Origin: Trichoplax adhaerens
Taxonomy: Eukaryota; Animalia; Placozoa
Direction: 5' to 3'
Length of the DNA stretch: 64,000 nucleotides
Assembly (NCBI RefSeq): GCF_000150275.1
Contig: NW_002060952.1
Location: forward strand, 1,230,452 to 1,294,451
Position numbers and translations under genes: made by a program. The notes beneath the pieces were generated by a model. The model was given only the letters and a program-made list of their open reading frames with translations. It searched no databases and had not been told where the DNA came from. Shown piece after piece: positions 1 to 13,281 of the stretch. The number at the start of each line of letters is the position of its first letter. Within the stretch, counting starts at the first letter, position 1.

Positions 1-1270
1 TAATCCATTCAATATTAAAATAACTTTATGAACGTGCGCACCTGTAATTCATGTTGTAAGATACTGTAATTTACTGTAAATTACAGGAAACTGACACAAA
101 TTTACAAAGTTGTTCAAATACATCTATTTTAATTAATGTTATAATTTCCTGTAGTTCGAATCAGATCATTGCAACAACTAATCTCAATACTTATATTGTT
201 ACTTTATTTCTGAATATCGTAAGGAAATGGTAACGAAGCAGCAGTCAAATGCTATAGCTTTTAAAGTATAACTAAGTACATTCTTGTGTCCCTTCAAAAT
301 AATCTTATTCTGCTAGCGCCAAACTTTATCAAGTAGTATATACTTAGTAATACTAATAGTTAAAGCATTGATCTATATAGAATTAAGCTAAAAAATTTTA
401 GGGGATGAATACTTCGCTCGTAAAACGGGTGGTGTATCGAGTAAATCTTAAAATTTACTATATAAATCCAAGAAGTAGCTAATTAAGCCTTAAAAATTTA
501 TTTTAAAATCTGGAAACTAATCAGCTAAAGTTTCACAATATTGTCTACCTATTCTACATTAATTACGATCTTAAATAGGCATTGTGGTATCGGACTACGT
601 ATCTTATGTCATATTTCTTCTAAATAGCGAGGTAGATGCTGTATCCAAAGAATGGAATTCTCAAAGAATCGAAAAATAAAAAACTTTGATCAACTACTAT
701 AAATTAAACTAAATTATGTCAGCCTTATATAATTCATTGTATACGCCGACAGTTAATTAAATATTTTTATAATGCAATAGTTGACCTATTGTTTAAAGGC
801 AGTAGGCAGCAGAAGAATGTTAAAGTATCAATATAAATCTGTATATGAACAGAAATTTATGTTTAATTTATCGTAATATTCTAGCAGATGTATAATTTAA
901 TAGAATAGATTTGATATAATGTTAATTAACGGCTGATTGAATTTCTCTACAAGATATTATAAATTGCGTTACAAAGTAATACTTGGAATACCATTGTAAT
1001 TTAATATTATTGTCTCTTTCTTCAATGTATTTCAAACTTTCCTCAAGAGATTCCAGTAAATTCATGTAAATGTACAAAAATAGAACATTATTTCCATTTT
1101 GACCACAAGTAATGCATCCGATTTATTATAGAAATTAGAATTTTACAGCCTTAAAAGTTTTTCACCTTTCTGGTCTTACGACTCAGCGTCAAACATCATA
1201 GGCTACTGTCAAGAAGTTATCTTAAATCACGATTTACCATCTGCTTGATTCCCATTGAACATACAGTACA

Positions 1271-2275
1271 ATGAATAATAGTGTTAACTACACCGCCGAA
1301 TATTTCAGCAATTCTGGCAATATTAATTTAATCTTCGGTCTTCTTGGCTGTATCTTGAACGGATTTGTCTGCTATATTATTGGCACTCATCGAAGCCTTC
1401 GCCAGCCATTTAATTACTTAATATTAAATCTAGCTATATCAGATTTTCTAGTTTCGCTAGCAGTAACATTGAATAGTATTTTAAATTACGTGGCTAGTCG
1501 GTATGTAGACAAATTGTTTAGTATTGTCCATACGATGAATATCTCATGTAAGTTCATCATTTTCTGCAGTGTATCATCTTTCTCTTCAACAACTCTAACG
1601 CTACTTGCTATTAGTGTCGAACGTTATCTATGCTTTACCGCTGAACACCAACATAAAATGCGACTATCAACTACACGAAAAGTACTTCTTTTAATATGGT
1701 TCTTGGCTCTTTCATCTTCCGTTATTTTAGCATATTATGGAAGAGCAGATAAGGAAATTGGTTATGACTGCTGCTTTGGTCGAATAAAAAATTTATGGCT
1801 TTTAATTTTATGTATTACGCTATCCATACTAATAACAATATTGCCTATCTTAATGATGTCACTTCTCTACATCCAAATTGGTTATAGGCTTCAAACTCAA
1901 TTACAAATTTCTACTGATTTGGGTGATGCTAATCTTATCAGAAATCGTAAAAAATATTTGCGTCAAAGTGTTATAGCCATAATTATTATTTCTGTCTTCA
2001 CATGTTCTACTGGATTACCATTTATACTATTGCATATAATATTCATTATTGAACAACATAATCTCAATTTTGTTTCATCCTATTATCTACATGATAATTT
2101 CCTAGGAGGAACAGCTTCGCTTCTGTTCCTGTTGTCACCTATTTTGAACCCATTGTTGTATAATTTAGCAAGTAGTCAATTTCGTTCAGTTGTATGGTCA
2201 TACTTTTTTTTTTTCTGTAATTATTCGTCCAAGTTCACTCCGGAAAGAAGTACCAAGTTACAATTTACTAGATAA
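1271..2275 (+). CDS. Intronless class A (rhodopsin-like) orphan GPCR, paralogue 1
   Basis: 334-aa ORF with 7 hydrophobic segments. Motifs: TM1 GCILNG, TM2 NLAISD, TM3 C...ISVERY, TM4 W, TM7 PILNPLLYN, helix 8 SSQFR. Confidence 0.95.
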   Translation: MNNSVNYTAEYFSNSGNINLIFGLLGCILNGFVCYIIGTHRSLRQPFNYLILNLAISDFLVSLAVTLNSILNYVASRYVDKLFSIVHTMNISCKFIIFCSVSSFSSTTLTLLAISVERYLCFTAEHQHKMRLSTTRKVLLLIWFLALSSSVILAYYGRADKEIGYDCCFGRIKNLWLLILCITLSILITILPILMMSLLYIQIGYRLQTQLQISTDLGDANLIRNRKKYLRQSVIAIIIISVFTCSTGLPFILLHIIFIIEQHNLNFVSSYYLHDNFLGGTASLLFLLSPILNPLLYNLASSQFRSVVWSYFFFFCNYSSKFTPERSTKLQFTR

Positions 2276-5200
2276 AATCGTTAATAGCCTAAATTTATCA
2301 CATAATTTAGCTCGTAAATACATCAATAACTACTGCATGAGAGAAAATGAAGATAAAATATTGCTGTAATTGATTTTGGCTATGCAAATAAAATTTTTCA
2401 TCTGGCATATAAGCATAGATGAATAACTTTAAGTAATGTTACTACTAGTTAAACAGTACAACTGAAAATACTACGCTCCTTTTATTATTAATAACTCATG
2501 GATTATTCTTAACATGAAGTAGTTGGTTTAAGGCCAATACTTAGCAATTTCGTAAAAACGGCGTGTTTAAATTGTTATAAGCAGATGTAAAATTATCCTA
2601 TTGCTGTGTGCCATCTTTTGGCACTTTTATTTATAGTCTCAAAACGAATCATCAGTTATATGTATTTATTATAAATCAGCTGATACTATTAGATCAACAT
2701 TTCAAATGTAAAATTGGAATAGATAGCATCACTTTTTCATCAGCTTAATTTTCAGCATTTATTAAAATTTCTTGATATTGCTGATTAGTCATGCGGTAGA
2801 ATATAGTTCTAAATTGAGCCTACCAAGCATTCATCGCGTGTCTATAGAATAAATGAGCGCTTATAGAAAAGCAAGAAAGGCAGGAAATGTTTCCCTACAT
2901 TAAGATAATTAGAGAAAAGCACTTAAGCTCACAAGAGTCAACGACATTAAAAGTTTAATATATTTATCTTGGGCGCCGAATGACATCTAGAACCGTAAAA
3001 TATGTTTGGAGCTCAGATACACTTCAATACCAGTAAGGTCAATATCGGTACATGCTCGGAAATGAAATTAGTTTACAGTAAGCGAGATCATCCGGAATAT
3101 TACAGCATTTGCATTACTGAGGAAAGTTGAACAAAGGCGCAACCATCTCAATAATTGATATTTAGCTACAAATTGTTATACTTACATGGAATATTTATTG
3201 GAAATAATTATTGATCACCGCCTTTATTCTCGTAAGTGAAGCATTGATCGTCTTACAAATGCTACAAGCAAGAACAAGATTTCTTGAAAGTGATCAACTC
3301 TTTTACTATTGCTGACAGATACATTGAAGTTACGATCACTTACATTAGCGTTGCTATATTAATGTCATAAATATGCAGCCAGTCACGCTATAACACTTTC
3401 ACTAAGTAGTTAAAAAAATTTCATGATCGCTAGACAATAGTTCGATACCGTACCCAAAAAGTTAATGTTTGGAAAATTCGCTGAGTAATGAAATAAACCT
3501 TACCAATTTATTAAAGAAGATCTTTTCATGGTAGAAATGTAAGTTCGTGATGTATTTCGATCGAGTATTAAGCTAGAATACATGTTGGTGTATATGAACC
3601 TGATTTACATTTTCTAAACTTTTGTATCTTCAAAATTTATATTATACGTCGACCGAAAATCATGAAGGAAAGCTTATCTAAAACATTTCTCGTTAAGCGA
3701 ACAAATTTATTTTCATGTAGCATCTATCGAAAGAAATAAATGGTTATAGAATTTAGCATAGAGCAGGAAACGAACATTGGGAATAGTCCATCTATCGCTG
3801 CTTAACGAATGAAATCATTTGAAAGAGTTGCTGTCGACCCGTATAACATCCATTCAAAAAGTTAACGGCGATAGAATCAGGCATTGTGGATGTTAATGAT
3901 TAGAATGATATATCAAGCTCAATTTGAGTCAGGGTATTGTATAACGAATAAATTCATCTTAAAGAGTTTATATAAGAGATGTTCATAAAGTCAATAATAC
4001 AGAATACAAACTATAATTCTACCTACTGCATTCGATGTTTCTGGAGAGTAAGAATAGAATTATCCAAAGCTGAATTTTTTTAGTAATTCAATTATCACCG
4101 ACGTGGAAGCAACATTTGAATGCATACAGGTACTTAGACAGAATTTTCGCTATGGAAATAGTGCAAAAATGGAAAGTACGTGCTTGAATACAAGTAATAT
4201 TGCCAATGTACATAACCAATACTAGTAAATTAGTAGTATACTGATTAAAAATTAACTACGACAAATGTTTTGATTTCTATTACAATTACTGTGTTTGTAA
4301 GTAGCTAATTTCGCATACTAAGTATGGTGTTATTTTAATTGCCTGGTTATTGCTAATTGATATTAATATACCATAGAAGCGGCTTGTAACTATAGATCAA
4401 TAAGATTATAAAAATATCCTTTAGCTCGCTCTATAGCCCTAACACTTGTCTAACACTTAATTTAAAGGGAAATCTTGTGCAGTGTTCAATACTAGTATAT
4501 ATTATTTGATTGCGACGTATACAAAAATTGTAAAGATTGGCTTCGGTATCTATCACATCCTTAAGATCATGCTACAGACATGGCGACTAATTAAAGTTTG
4601 ATCAGTTTTCCATCTTTACACTTTTGTTCGACATTCTTGTAAAGTAAAATATATACTATGTATTCTTATATTATAAAGCTCTCGAACTGTTTCAATGTCT
4701 TCATTCTAGTTTTGACTAGTGAATCTAGATTTATTAGTAAATCAACTGTTATAAAGGAATGGCTGGAATAAAAATTTATTTACGAAGAGTCTAAAACAAG
4801 CGTCCAATTTTGGTTATAGCTTATGATGCGGTCAAGTCAATCATTGAAGATATTATTGATACATGCATATTTAATTTGCTGGATTTCTACGTCTTTTTCA
4901 TACAGAATATGATCATAAGAATAACTTTAATTGACATTTAAATAAAGCATCAAATAAAGGTTCAATTTTAGTTGAACATTTAAATGTAAGTTCTACTACC
5001 TTTAAACTCGTGCCTTTAAATCGCCACAAAATCAGAGTTATCAGCGTTGTTCAAATATTATAAATTGTTAAAATAATTCAAAAATAATATTATTTTGGCA
5101 GATTCGGCTTCTTCAATAGTTTTAAGCCACCAGGCATTAGTCATAGAGCATTTTAATGTAAAACTTTACACTTGTAAAGTTATATTTTTCATGAATTTTC

Positions 5201-8200
5201 ATCAGACAGCGATTGTCGGATGAATCATAATTTCTGCGAAAACTTAATCAAACCTAATCTAAAGGGATAGGAGTAGTTTTATTTTCTGAAAAGTGATAAT
5301 CGAGTTTTTAGTATTTTGAAATAAAGCTAAAGAAGTCTTATGAATAAATCCTATACGGAACACAACAAGGATACTCCGAAAGTTTTTACTCTGCTTCGCA
5401 GCAAAAAAGTATCATAATGATTTTAGCTAATTACAGTAGTTACATGTTCGAGAATACAGGGTTGGTATGTGTGATAGAGCACAGCTTCCGTAAGTGATAA
5501 TCTTAGCTTTAGCTTTAACTATTACGATTTTTATTAGTTGCTAATAATAATTAATTATTAATTAGATATTTTCTGTTATGGTTTTATTAGTAGTTGTATC
5601 ATACTGTGCAGAATAATATACATTATAGACAGTCGCCCATACAACTCTATATAAGTTTTAGGATCTTTTATCTAAGTTGTGTACCGAGTGCAATCGGTAG
5701 AGGTTTTATAAAGCCTGATGCTCTCATTAGCTAATCAGTTGATGATTAGACGTTTACAGTGTACGTGCATAGATGAAGTGACCTTGGATATGAAGACTAC
5801 TAGATTAAATAAATTCTGTTAAACCTAAACCTAGTTTACTCCTAGTCTGTTGTAGACACATTTAGCTGTTGTAGCTTTAGCTTTTAAGAAGTTTTAGTGA
5901 TCCCGGATAGCCTATCGTAAGCTGCTTGCGACAGTAGGTAGTCTAGAAACTGTATTTCTTAATTAAGTAAGAATTGATTTACACAAATCGTAAGAAATGG
6001 TATAATAAAAACGTTACTTGATATGACTATTACATCAACATATGCTACAGTCGTGTTGTTTTTATTACAGATCTATTTTGACCTTCAGAATTAATTACTC
6101 TTGCAACACTACGACAACCACATCTCACTTACTGATAGTTAAATAAAATGCGGTCTCGAAATATATATCGAAAAATTAATAATAAATTTATGGTTTGCTT
6201 GGTTGTGCAATCCAAGAATTTCGTACCATAAATGATGTGTAAATATAAAACATCATATTACATACAAGATGACTTATTAATATTTAGCAATCTTCTACTG
6301 TTTGATTTTTATGCCAACAGACTAATAACTTATTGAAGATAGAAAGCAGGCGGCTATTAATACAGCCAGTTTCCGATATTGCAACCGTTTTTAATTACCA
6401 TATAATGCTGAGCCACCACATTATTCTTAAATAGGCAGGTTTCAAATTTTAGATCTTGGTCAAACAAAGCATTCATTATTTTCTACAAATATAGCGGAAA
6501 TGAATCTTTCTCTATCCTTTCAAGATTAATCCTATAATTTATTTATAAATGTGGAAAAACAAATTAACGAATTTCATGATAGCACGCTATTCTGTATCAA
6601 GCAAGCAGTCTTGAGATGTCTATGCTTCTTTAACTTACACTCTGACTCATTAGCTTCTCTTTATCGATCAAAATCTCCAATGACATAGTTATTCGGCTAA
6701 GATGAAGGTTACTATAGGATCAGACCAAATTGATTGTATCAACTACGATAAACTAGATAATCATAGATGGTATATTAATTAATATTATCAACATATTACT
6801 TAACAACAACTTTTACAAAGTGAGATTTTTATTCGTCATTTTGATACAGCTTCTATGTTATAACTTTACAGCAATGTTAACCTATTCTGTTTTGACTATA
6901 TTAATCCAATCACGTGAGCTTAAAATTTACAGTATGTAAGTCTATTAGTCTATAGTAAGCTTGTATTACACATTGTATAATTTAACGTGAAAGATTAGCA
7001 CCGGGATTATTGTGTGACATATGAAATTGTATATAAGCTTGATTATTAATTTTTAATCCAAGTTCCACTGAGGCTAACGTAGAGTACACTGGTACTAACG
7101 TAAACGGGCTAGTAATAAATATATTTATTAGCCTAAACCTATCGTTTGACTCGATTACAATAGTATAGGAATAAGTTAGTTTTCCCTTACTGAGGATCTC
7201 CGGAGTTAGTCGGAGAACCATAAGAGTAGATAGACTAGTTTAGGTACGATCACGAAAGTTGTTTTGTGACAGCCATCTAATATACAAAATGGGTCAGTAT
7301 GGAACATATCTTCTATCTTATTCGGCCACCATCTACTTTGAATCCAGTCCTATATAATTTATCAAGCCGTGAATTTCGTAACGTTCTATATTCTTACCTT
7401 TATTTTTGGCATAACGCTTAATAGTACTATTTGCAAATAAGAAGAAACTCAACTTTAAAGTTATGATATCTTAAGTAAGATCTTCAACATTGACTAGAAG
7501 CGAATAACACTAATACTTTGAAAGATAAATTTGTGATAGAAGATTGCAGTTAACGACTGTTGCTTGGTTTAGAAAAACTCATATAGTATAGTAATGTTAT
7601 GAAACGATGGCAATCCATTTTGATTGATTATTTCCTGTTGATATTGATTGGACAGTCTGCTCTTTAAGATTGCTATTTACTGCTATTCTTGAATATAAAT
7701 GGCGAGGTAATTGTTTATGACAGTACAGCATTATCATCGCGATTGATATTCATTCCTTTTAACGACTAATTTGAGCCAAATTATTATAAGACTGGCATAT
7801 ACGAATACTATTTGAGGAAAAACGATGAACTGATATTCATAACAATACAACACATTTGTCTTTATCGATTATTCTTTCCTTCTAACTATGATTGAAGAGA
7901 AATTAATATAAGTAGGTTATAGGATACCGTTACTACTTACTATAAAATTGGTATACACCTTGATCTTTATGATAATATCCATCGAGGTCAATTACAGTAC
8001 TCTTTTCACTATCATTATCAACAATTATTCGATGCTTCTATGCACACTTAATTTATATACATCACGTATGACTCCTAACTTCTACTGAATAGAACCGTCA
8101 TGTAATTATTTACAGATAAAATACGAGAAAGTGCAGTAGATCAGAACCCTATGAATAGCAAATGCTATGTATTAAAACAATAAATTGAGATTTATAGCCA

Positions 8201-9045
8201 TTATATTGTTCATATTCATTTTACTTAAAGAGGCATAGATGAAGATTCTATTCCAGTTACTACTTCAAAACTAAAAAACCACGAATTGGTTTACTTTGAC
8301 AAAGATTATAAATTTTACATCAGCGATAGAATTATGCGTGTATATGAAGGTTCGATTAAGGTTATTTCTTAAAGAACGAACGATAGTGTGATAAAGTGAT
8401 CTTCAAAACAATAAATCAAGAACTACAGTTTCTTGCAAATTTCACTTTATTACAGAAGTTAGGTTCGTCTAACTACCAAGGACTATCTGACTATCTGACA
8501 ATCTACTTATTACAGCAAAATTCACGATTTATATACGATTAGTTACAGAATGCTTTTAGATAGTTAAATATGAAAGAATGCCACCTTGATTAGAATAAAT
8601 TAGCAAAAGAGAAGATCTAAAATTCAATAACATACTCATAGAATATGAGGTCGAGTTGTTTACTTTTTCAGAGCTCTTTCAGTATTTACAATAGAACTTT
8701 TGTTTCTATAAATGAGTTTATCATTTATTTACGTACCATATTTCTTTTCTCTTTACGTCACCTTTTACGTAGCAATCAGAAAAGAAAATTATTCGATTCT
8801 ACTTACCAATTCGCTATTATTGCTCATCAGTTTATTCCAGTCAATGTTGCGGCTCGACTCTATTTAATACTGATACTGACTATCTGCGGTATTAGTTCCA
8901 TTTAATTACGAATCATTAACCGCAATTTGTGAAGATCATTCAGTTTACAGATTCAAGTTTTAGCTAAGAGTTTATCTACCGTTTTGATTTTAACGAGTTA
9001 ATGTAATAGTGAAATATTTTTATATTTGAAGTTAAGTTTTGAAGT

Positions 9046-10083
9046 ATGGATTTCAATATTACCACTAATGGAACAGCTAACAACATTTATAGTACTTTTA
9101 TCGTTAACTTGTGCTTTAGTATTATCGCCTTGATACTAAATCTAGCAGTTTGCTTGATCATTGGTACTCATTCAAAATTATGGCAGCCTTTTAATCTATT
9201 AATCTTAAATTTATCCTTTTCCGATATTTTAGTATCGGTAGGTGTCCTGCTAAATGGGCTTATACATTTGTATGTTACACATCCATTTATGGCATATGCG
9301 ACAGCCAATGTCCTTTGCAAAATTTCGATTGCATTAGCCGTTGTAGCCTTACCAGGGGCTTCCTTAACATTACTAGCTATGAGTATTGAACGATTTCAGG
9401 CAATTTCTGTCATTCGCATACGCAAATTGGGATTACGTACTGTTAGAAATATTGTTATCATCATATGGGCCATCGCTGTTATATCTATTATCGTTCCTAC
9501 TATGTACGCCGAGTTAGAACGCAAGGATCCGTTTGAATGTGCTATAGATCGAGTAGATAACTTTTCACTCGTATTGTTCATTTTATTCGCTATCATAGCA
9601 AATTGTTTAATTCCTGTAACCTTAACTTTTACCTTGTACATCGTTATCATTTATAAATTTTGTCTCAACAAAATCCGTATTCAGCCAATAAAAGCGCTTA
9701 TCATAGGTAAGCGAAAAAAATCATTACGGCAGAAAATTGTTCCCGTTATATGCATTTCTATAATTTCAGCTCTTTCTGGTATACCTTATCTGCTGTTACA
9801 TTACTACTTGATAAGTGGTCAACATTTTAATCCGCATTTTAGAGGAATTTTTCTGAAAGATAATTATGTTATATGGACGACGTTTCGTGCTTTGTTTATT
9901 GTAACACCGATACTTAATCCATTGCTATATAATTTAGCAAGCAGCAAGTTTCGAAATCATATCCGTGCGTTAATATGTCATCAACCACAATCAGTAGATG
10001 AGACTACCGGGACAATAAAACAAATAAAAGTATTAAATCTCAATTCAGCTCCAATCAATTCCAAATCAGCCAATGGTAAATAA
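9046..10083 (+). CDS. Intronless class A orphan GPCR, paralogue 2
   Basis: 345-aa ORF with N-terminal sequons (NIT, NGT), NLSFSD, CK..SIERF and PILNPLLYNLASSKFR. Collinear with paralogues 1 and 3. Confidence 0.95.
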   Translation: MDFNITTNGTANNIYSTFIVNLCFSIIALILNLAVCLIIGTHSKLWQPFNLLILNLSFSDILVSVGVLLNGLIHLYVTHPFMAYATANVLCKISIALAVVALPGASLTLLAMSIERFQAISVIRIRKLGLRTVRNIVIIIWAIAVISIIVPTMYAELERKDPFECAIDRVDNFSLVLFILFAIIANCLIPVTLTFTLYIVIIYKFCLNKIRIQPIKALIIGKRKKSLRQKIVPVICISIISALSGIPYLLLHYYLISGQHFNPHFRGIFLKDNYVIWTTFRALFIVTPILNPLLYNLASSKFRNHIRALICHQPQSVDETTGTIKQIKVLNLNSAPINSKSANGK

Positions 10084-12711
10084 TGATGGAATAGTAAGTT
10101 CGATTACAAGTTTGCTGTACTATAGGGTTTGAAGTTTATTTCGCAAATATGTTTTACTCTTAAAGTTATTCTAATCGCTCATATATCTTTAAATCTACGA
10201 TATTACAATTTATCAGTATAATGGTTATTCTTTCATCCATGATGAAAAATAGTATGAATAACGATCGTATTTGAAAAATATTATTAGAAAAGATCCTATT
10301 ATTAAATTCTGTAAGAATAGCTGGTGATAAGAATTAGAAGTCAGCTGATAAATTTTCCTACCTACAATATCTAATTATACGCGTATATACAGTAATCTGC
10401 ACATTACACAGGCTTATTTAATAATATGAACAATCTCTTTAAGCATCGAAAAAGTAAAAGAATAAAGTAAAGTTAGCGATTAAAATAATTTCGAGCAATT
10501 CTTTTATTACATTGGGATGTTTTGAAAAACACGGTAACTTTTGTATTTTGAAACTGACTGCACGTCTAAAGAATATACAGCATTCCTGATTTCATGGCCT
10601 TAACAGCAATACTTCAATAAAACGCACTTTTCGAACAAATGTATGAAATATCAAAATCCTTCAATGATAAAAGTACATATAGGTTCAATTACACTTAACT
10701 TCGTAATACGGATATCTTACCTAAATCCAAATGATCGGAAATGATCATCACAATTTTGATTCTGATTAACTAAATAATGATATATAATTGAATGTCGATT
10801 GTCTAGTTGAATTTTAATGTTTGCAATTCTTTTACTTCACTACTACAGATCATCTTAATTTTGCTTATAACCCGAGCGTGAGGATTACTATTTACATTAT
10901 TTAGCTACATTTAATGCGTTGATGATTGTGAATAACGTCAATTATTTCTAACATTTTAATAAACATGTGTTCATAATTTAATACAATGGGTATACAGACG
11001 TATTATATAACTACTTCTAGCCTTATTACTATCACAGCAATTAACTTAAAAGAATTATATCACAATTAGCTGAATTCGATTATTTCAGCCGAAAATTTAC
11101 AAGCTTTGAGAAAAAATCATCTTTTCTAAATCTCTAGCTAAAGCAATACCTTTATAAATGGTTGGAAATCGCTTCCACAAGCTTTATTAGTCTTTTCTAG
11201 AGTTGTAACTACAAAGGATTGCTTATCCGAAACTGCATAAACTTAGTTCTTATATGTAATTCCAACTATGCTATTGCTGCAGAAGGATAATAATCACCGT
11301 TCAATATTATTTATTCCTCTTAATTTGACTGATAATTATAAGTTATTGCTTTCGTATCTATGTTTCAATAAAATAACGGTACTGATCCGCAGGTAGATGT
11401 TACTGTGAGTTCATTTGACAGTTATTTATTGTATTACCCTAGCTTCCTATTGTTATACTCTAATTTTAAGAATTAAATGAAAATCTAAGGCAGATGTAGT
11501 ATGTAATATCGCGACTGCTACAAGCAATAACCTAGAATTGACTGCTTGATTCGGGTTCGGATCGTATGTATTGAAAATTGTGAAGGAGATTTTGGCAATA
11601 TTTACAATTGCTTTATCTAGCCACTTCCAATAGCTTGATGACATATTGAAGTGATGATAGTTATTATTCATAATTAGTATTTTATGATCAGCATAATTAG
11701 AAATCACTGACCCATGAAATTTAACTTAATCAAGGGGTCTGTCAACACCTTTTTACTGTACTTTCCAATTATTTAAATTGCAAATGTATTCTCCTGTTAG
11801 CTTATTCAATCTATTATTAGTATATTGGCCAACAATTGTACTTCACAGAATAAGTAGTACATTAAAGCAGTGTTGATGCTACTTATGACCTCTAAAGTAA
11901 ACATTAACATTTTTATAAAACACCTTGAAAATGGTCAATTTTTATGCCGTATAGGTATAAATCACCTATCGTATATTAATACATCATGCGCATTACACAG
12001 ACTTAATAATCAGTTAAATTATATTATAGATTTGCTATTATCTTGAGGTGCCGGGGATGAAGCTAGAATCTTATTTATCGAATTAATATTTAAGTAATCT
12101 TTATGATTAATAGCTTGATCAATTGATTTATAAACAGAACATGAGTCGATACTTTACTTCCCGCATACCGTCCTATTAATATTGCTAATACCGCTTTTAA
12201 GTAGCTTTGATGCAATTAATTGCTGTTGCGAGTATGAGACCATTTAGTTAGGTATTTTAATTGTTTAAAGATTAGCATCGCTGGACATACATAGCTTAAC
12301 CTTAATTATTTCATGTGTATTAGTGTAAGCTAGCATACCATATACATACACTTCCATAATGTTAAAATAATATGAGTTCTTCATAAAATACTACAGCATT
12401 TGTACGGTAATTTTAGATAGGATAGAGAAACATTACGTACAATATCGAAGGAAATTGGAATAAATAACAAGAGTTCAGACCTAGAATTGGGGATCGTTTT
12501 TTCATTTTTATGCTCGGAAAAACAATAAAGAAATAAATCAGCTAATTACACGAAAAGAAGTGGCAAGAAATCATTTATTGTGGACTCGGGTAGAAATTCG
12601 TGCATATTTGCGCTAAAATAGATCCTGAGTCACGATAATTATAGCTACTGTTGCTAATTAGATAGTAAAATAATATCATGATAGTAGTATTCATTGATTT
12701 ACTGACTGGAG

Positions 12712-13281
12712 ATTTTAGCTAATGAATTATTAGATTATGTGCAAAATTATAAATATGTAATTATATGCGCACAATATATGTGAACTAAGATTGCTATTAG
12801 TAATGACAGTAGTTCTGGCTAACTATCTGTACGCTACGAGGTTGATCTAAGTATAATTGTAAGAATTAGTTTAATTATAGTCTAAGCTAAAGTAAAGTGT
12901 ATAAGTTAAGAAGATTATCATGAGGTGTATAAGTAAAGATCTAGAAATATGTTTGAAAGAAACTAGATATCTAATATCTTGATAAAATTATTCGTTGATT
13001 TATTGGCCAGAAATTTTAACCAGTGAATTTTTTATGTTATCTGTTAATCTATAATAATATATGTATAATATATGGAAACTAAGATTGTAATTAGTAATTA
13101 CAGAATTTTTTTTATTGTCGATCAGTATATCAGTAGGCTGATTTGAGTATCAATTTATGAATTATTCTAATAATAGAGTAAGACAAAGTAAACTGTATAC
13201 GTTTAGAGGGTTATTCTGAGGTTCATAAATGTCTAAAAATACGCTTAAGAAGAAATTAGGTAAGATAATATCGTAGTTAAA
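12712..13281. repeat. Diverged tandem duplication, two units of ~300 bp
   Basis: ~12712-12990 and ~13012-13281 share collinear blocks: aatatatg.gaactaagattg..attagtaat.acag, aaagtaaa.tgtata, ttat..tgaggt. Confidence 0.75.

Noticed and set aside
5820-7250. Weak inverted similarity (acctaaac.tagt at ~5823 vs ~7235) as transposon TIRs
   Set aside because: The match is short and gapped, with no target-site duplication or transposase remnant.
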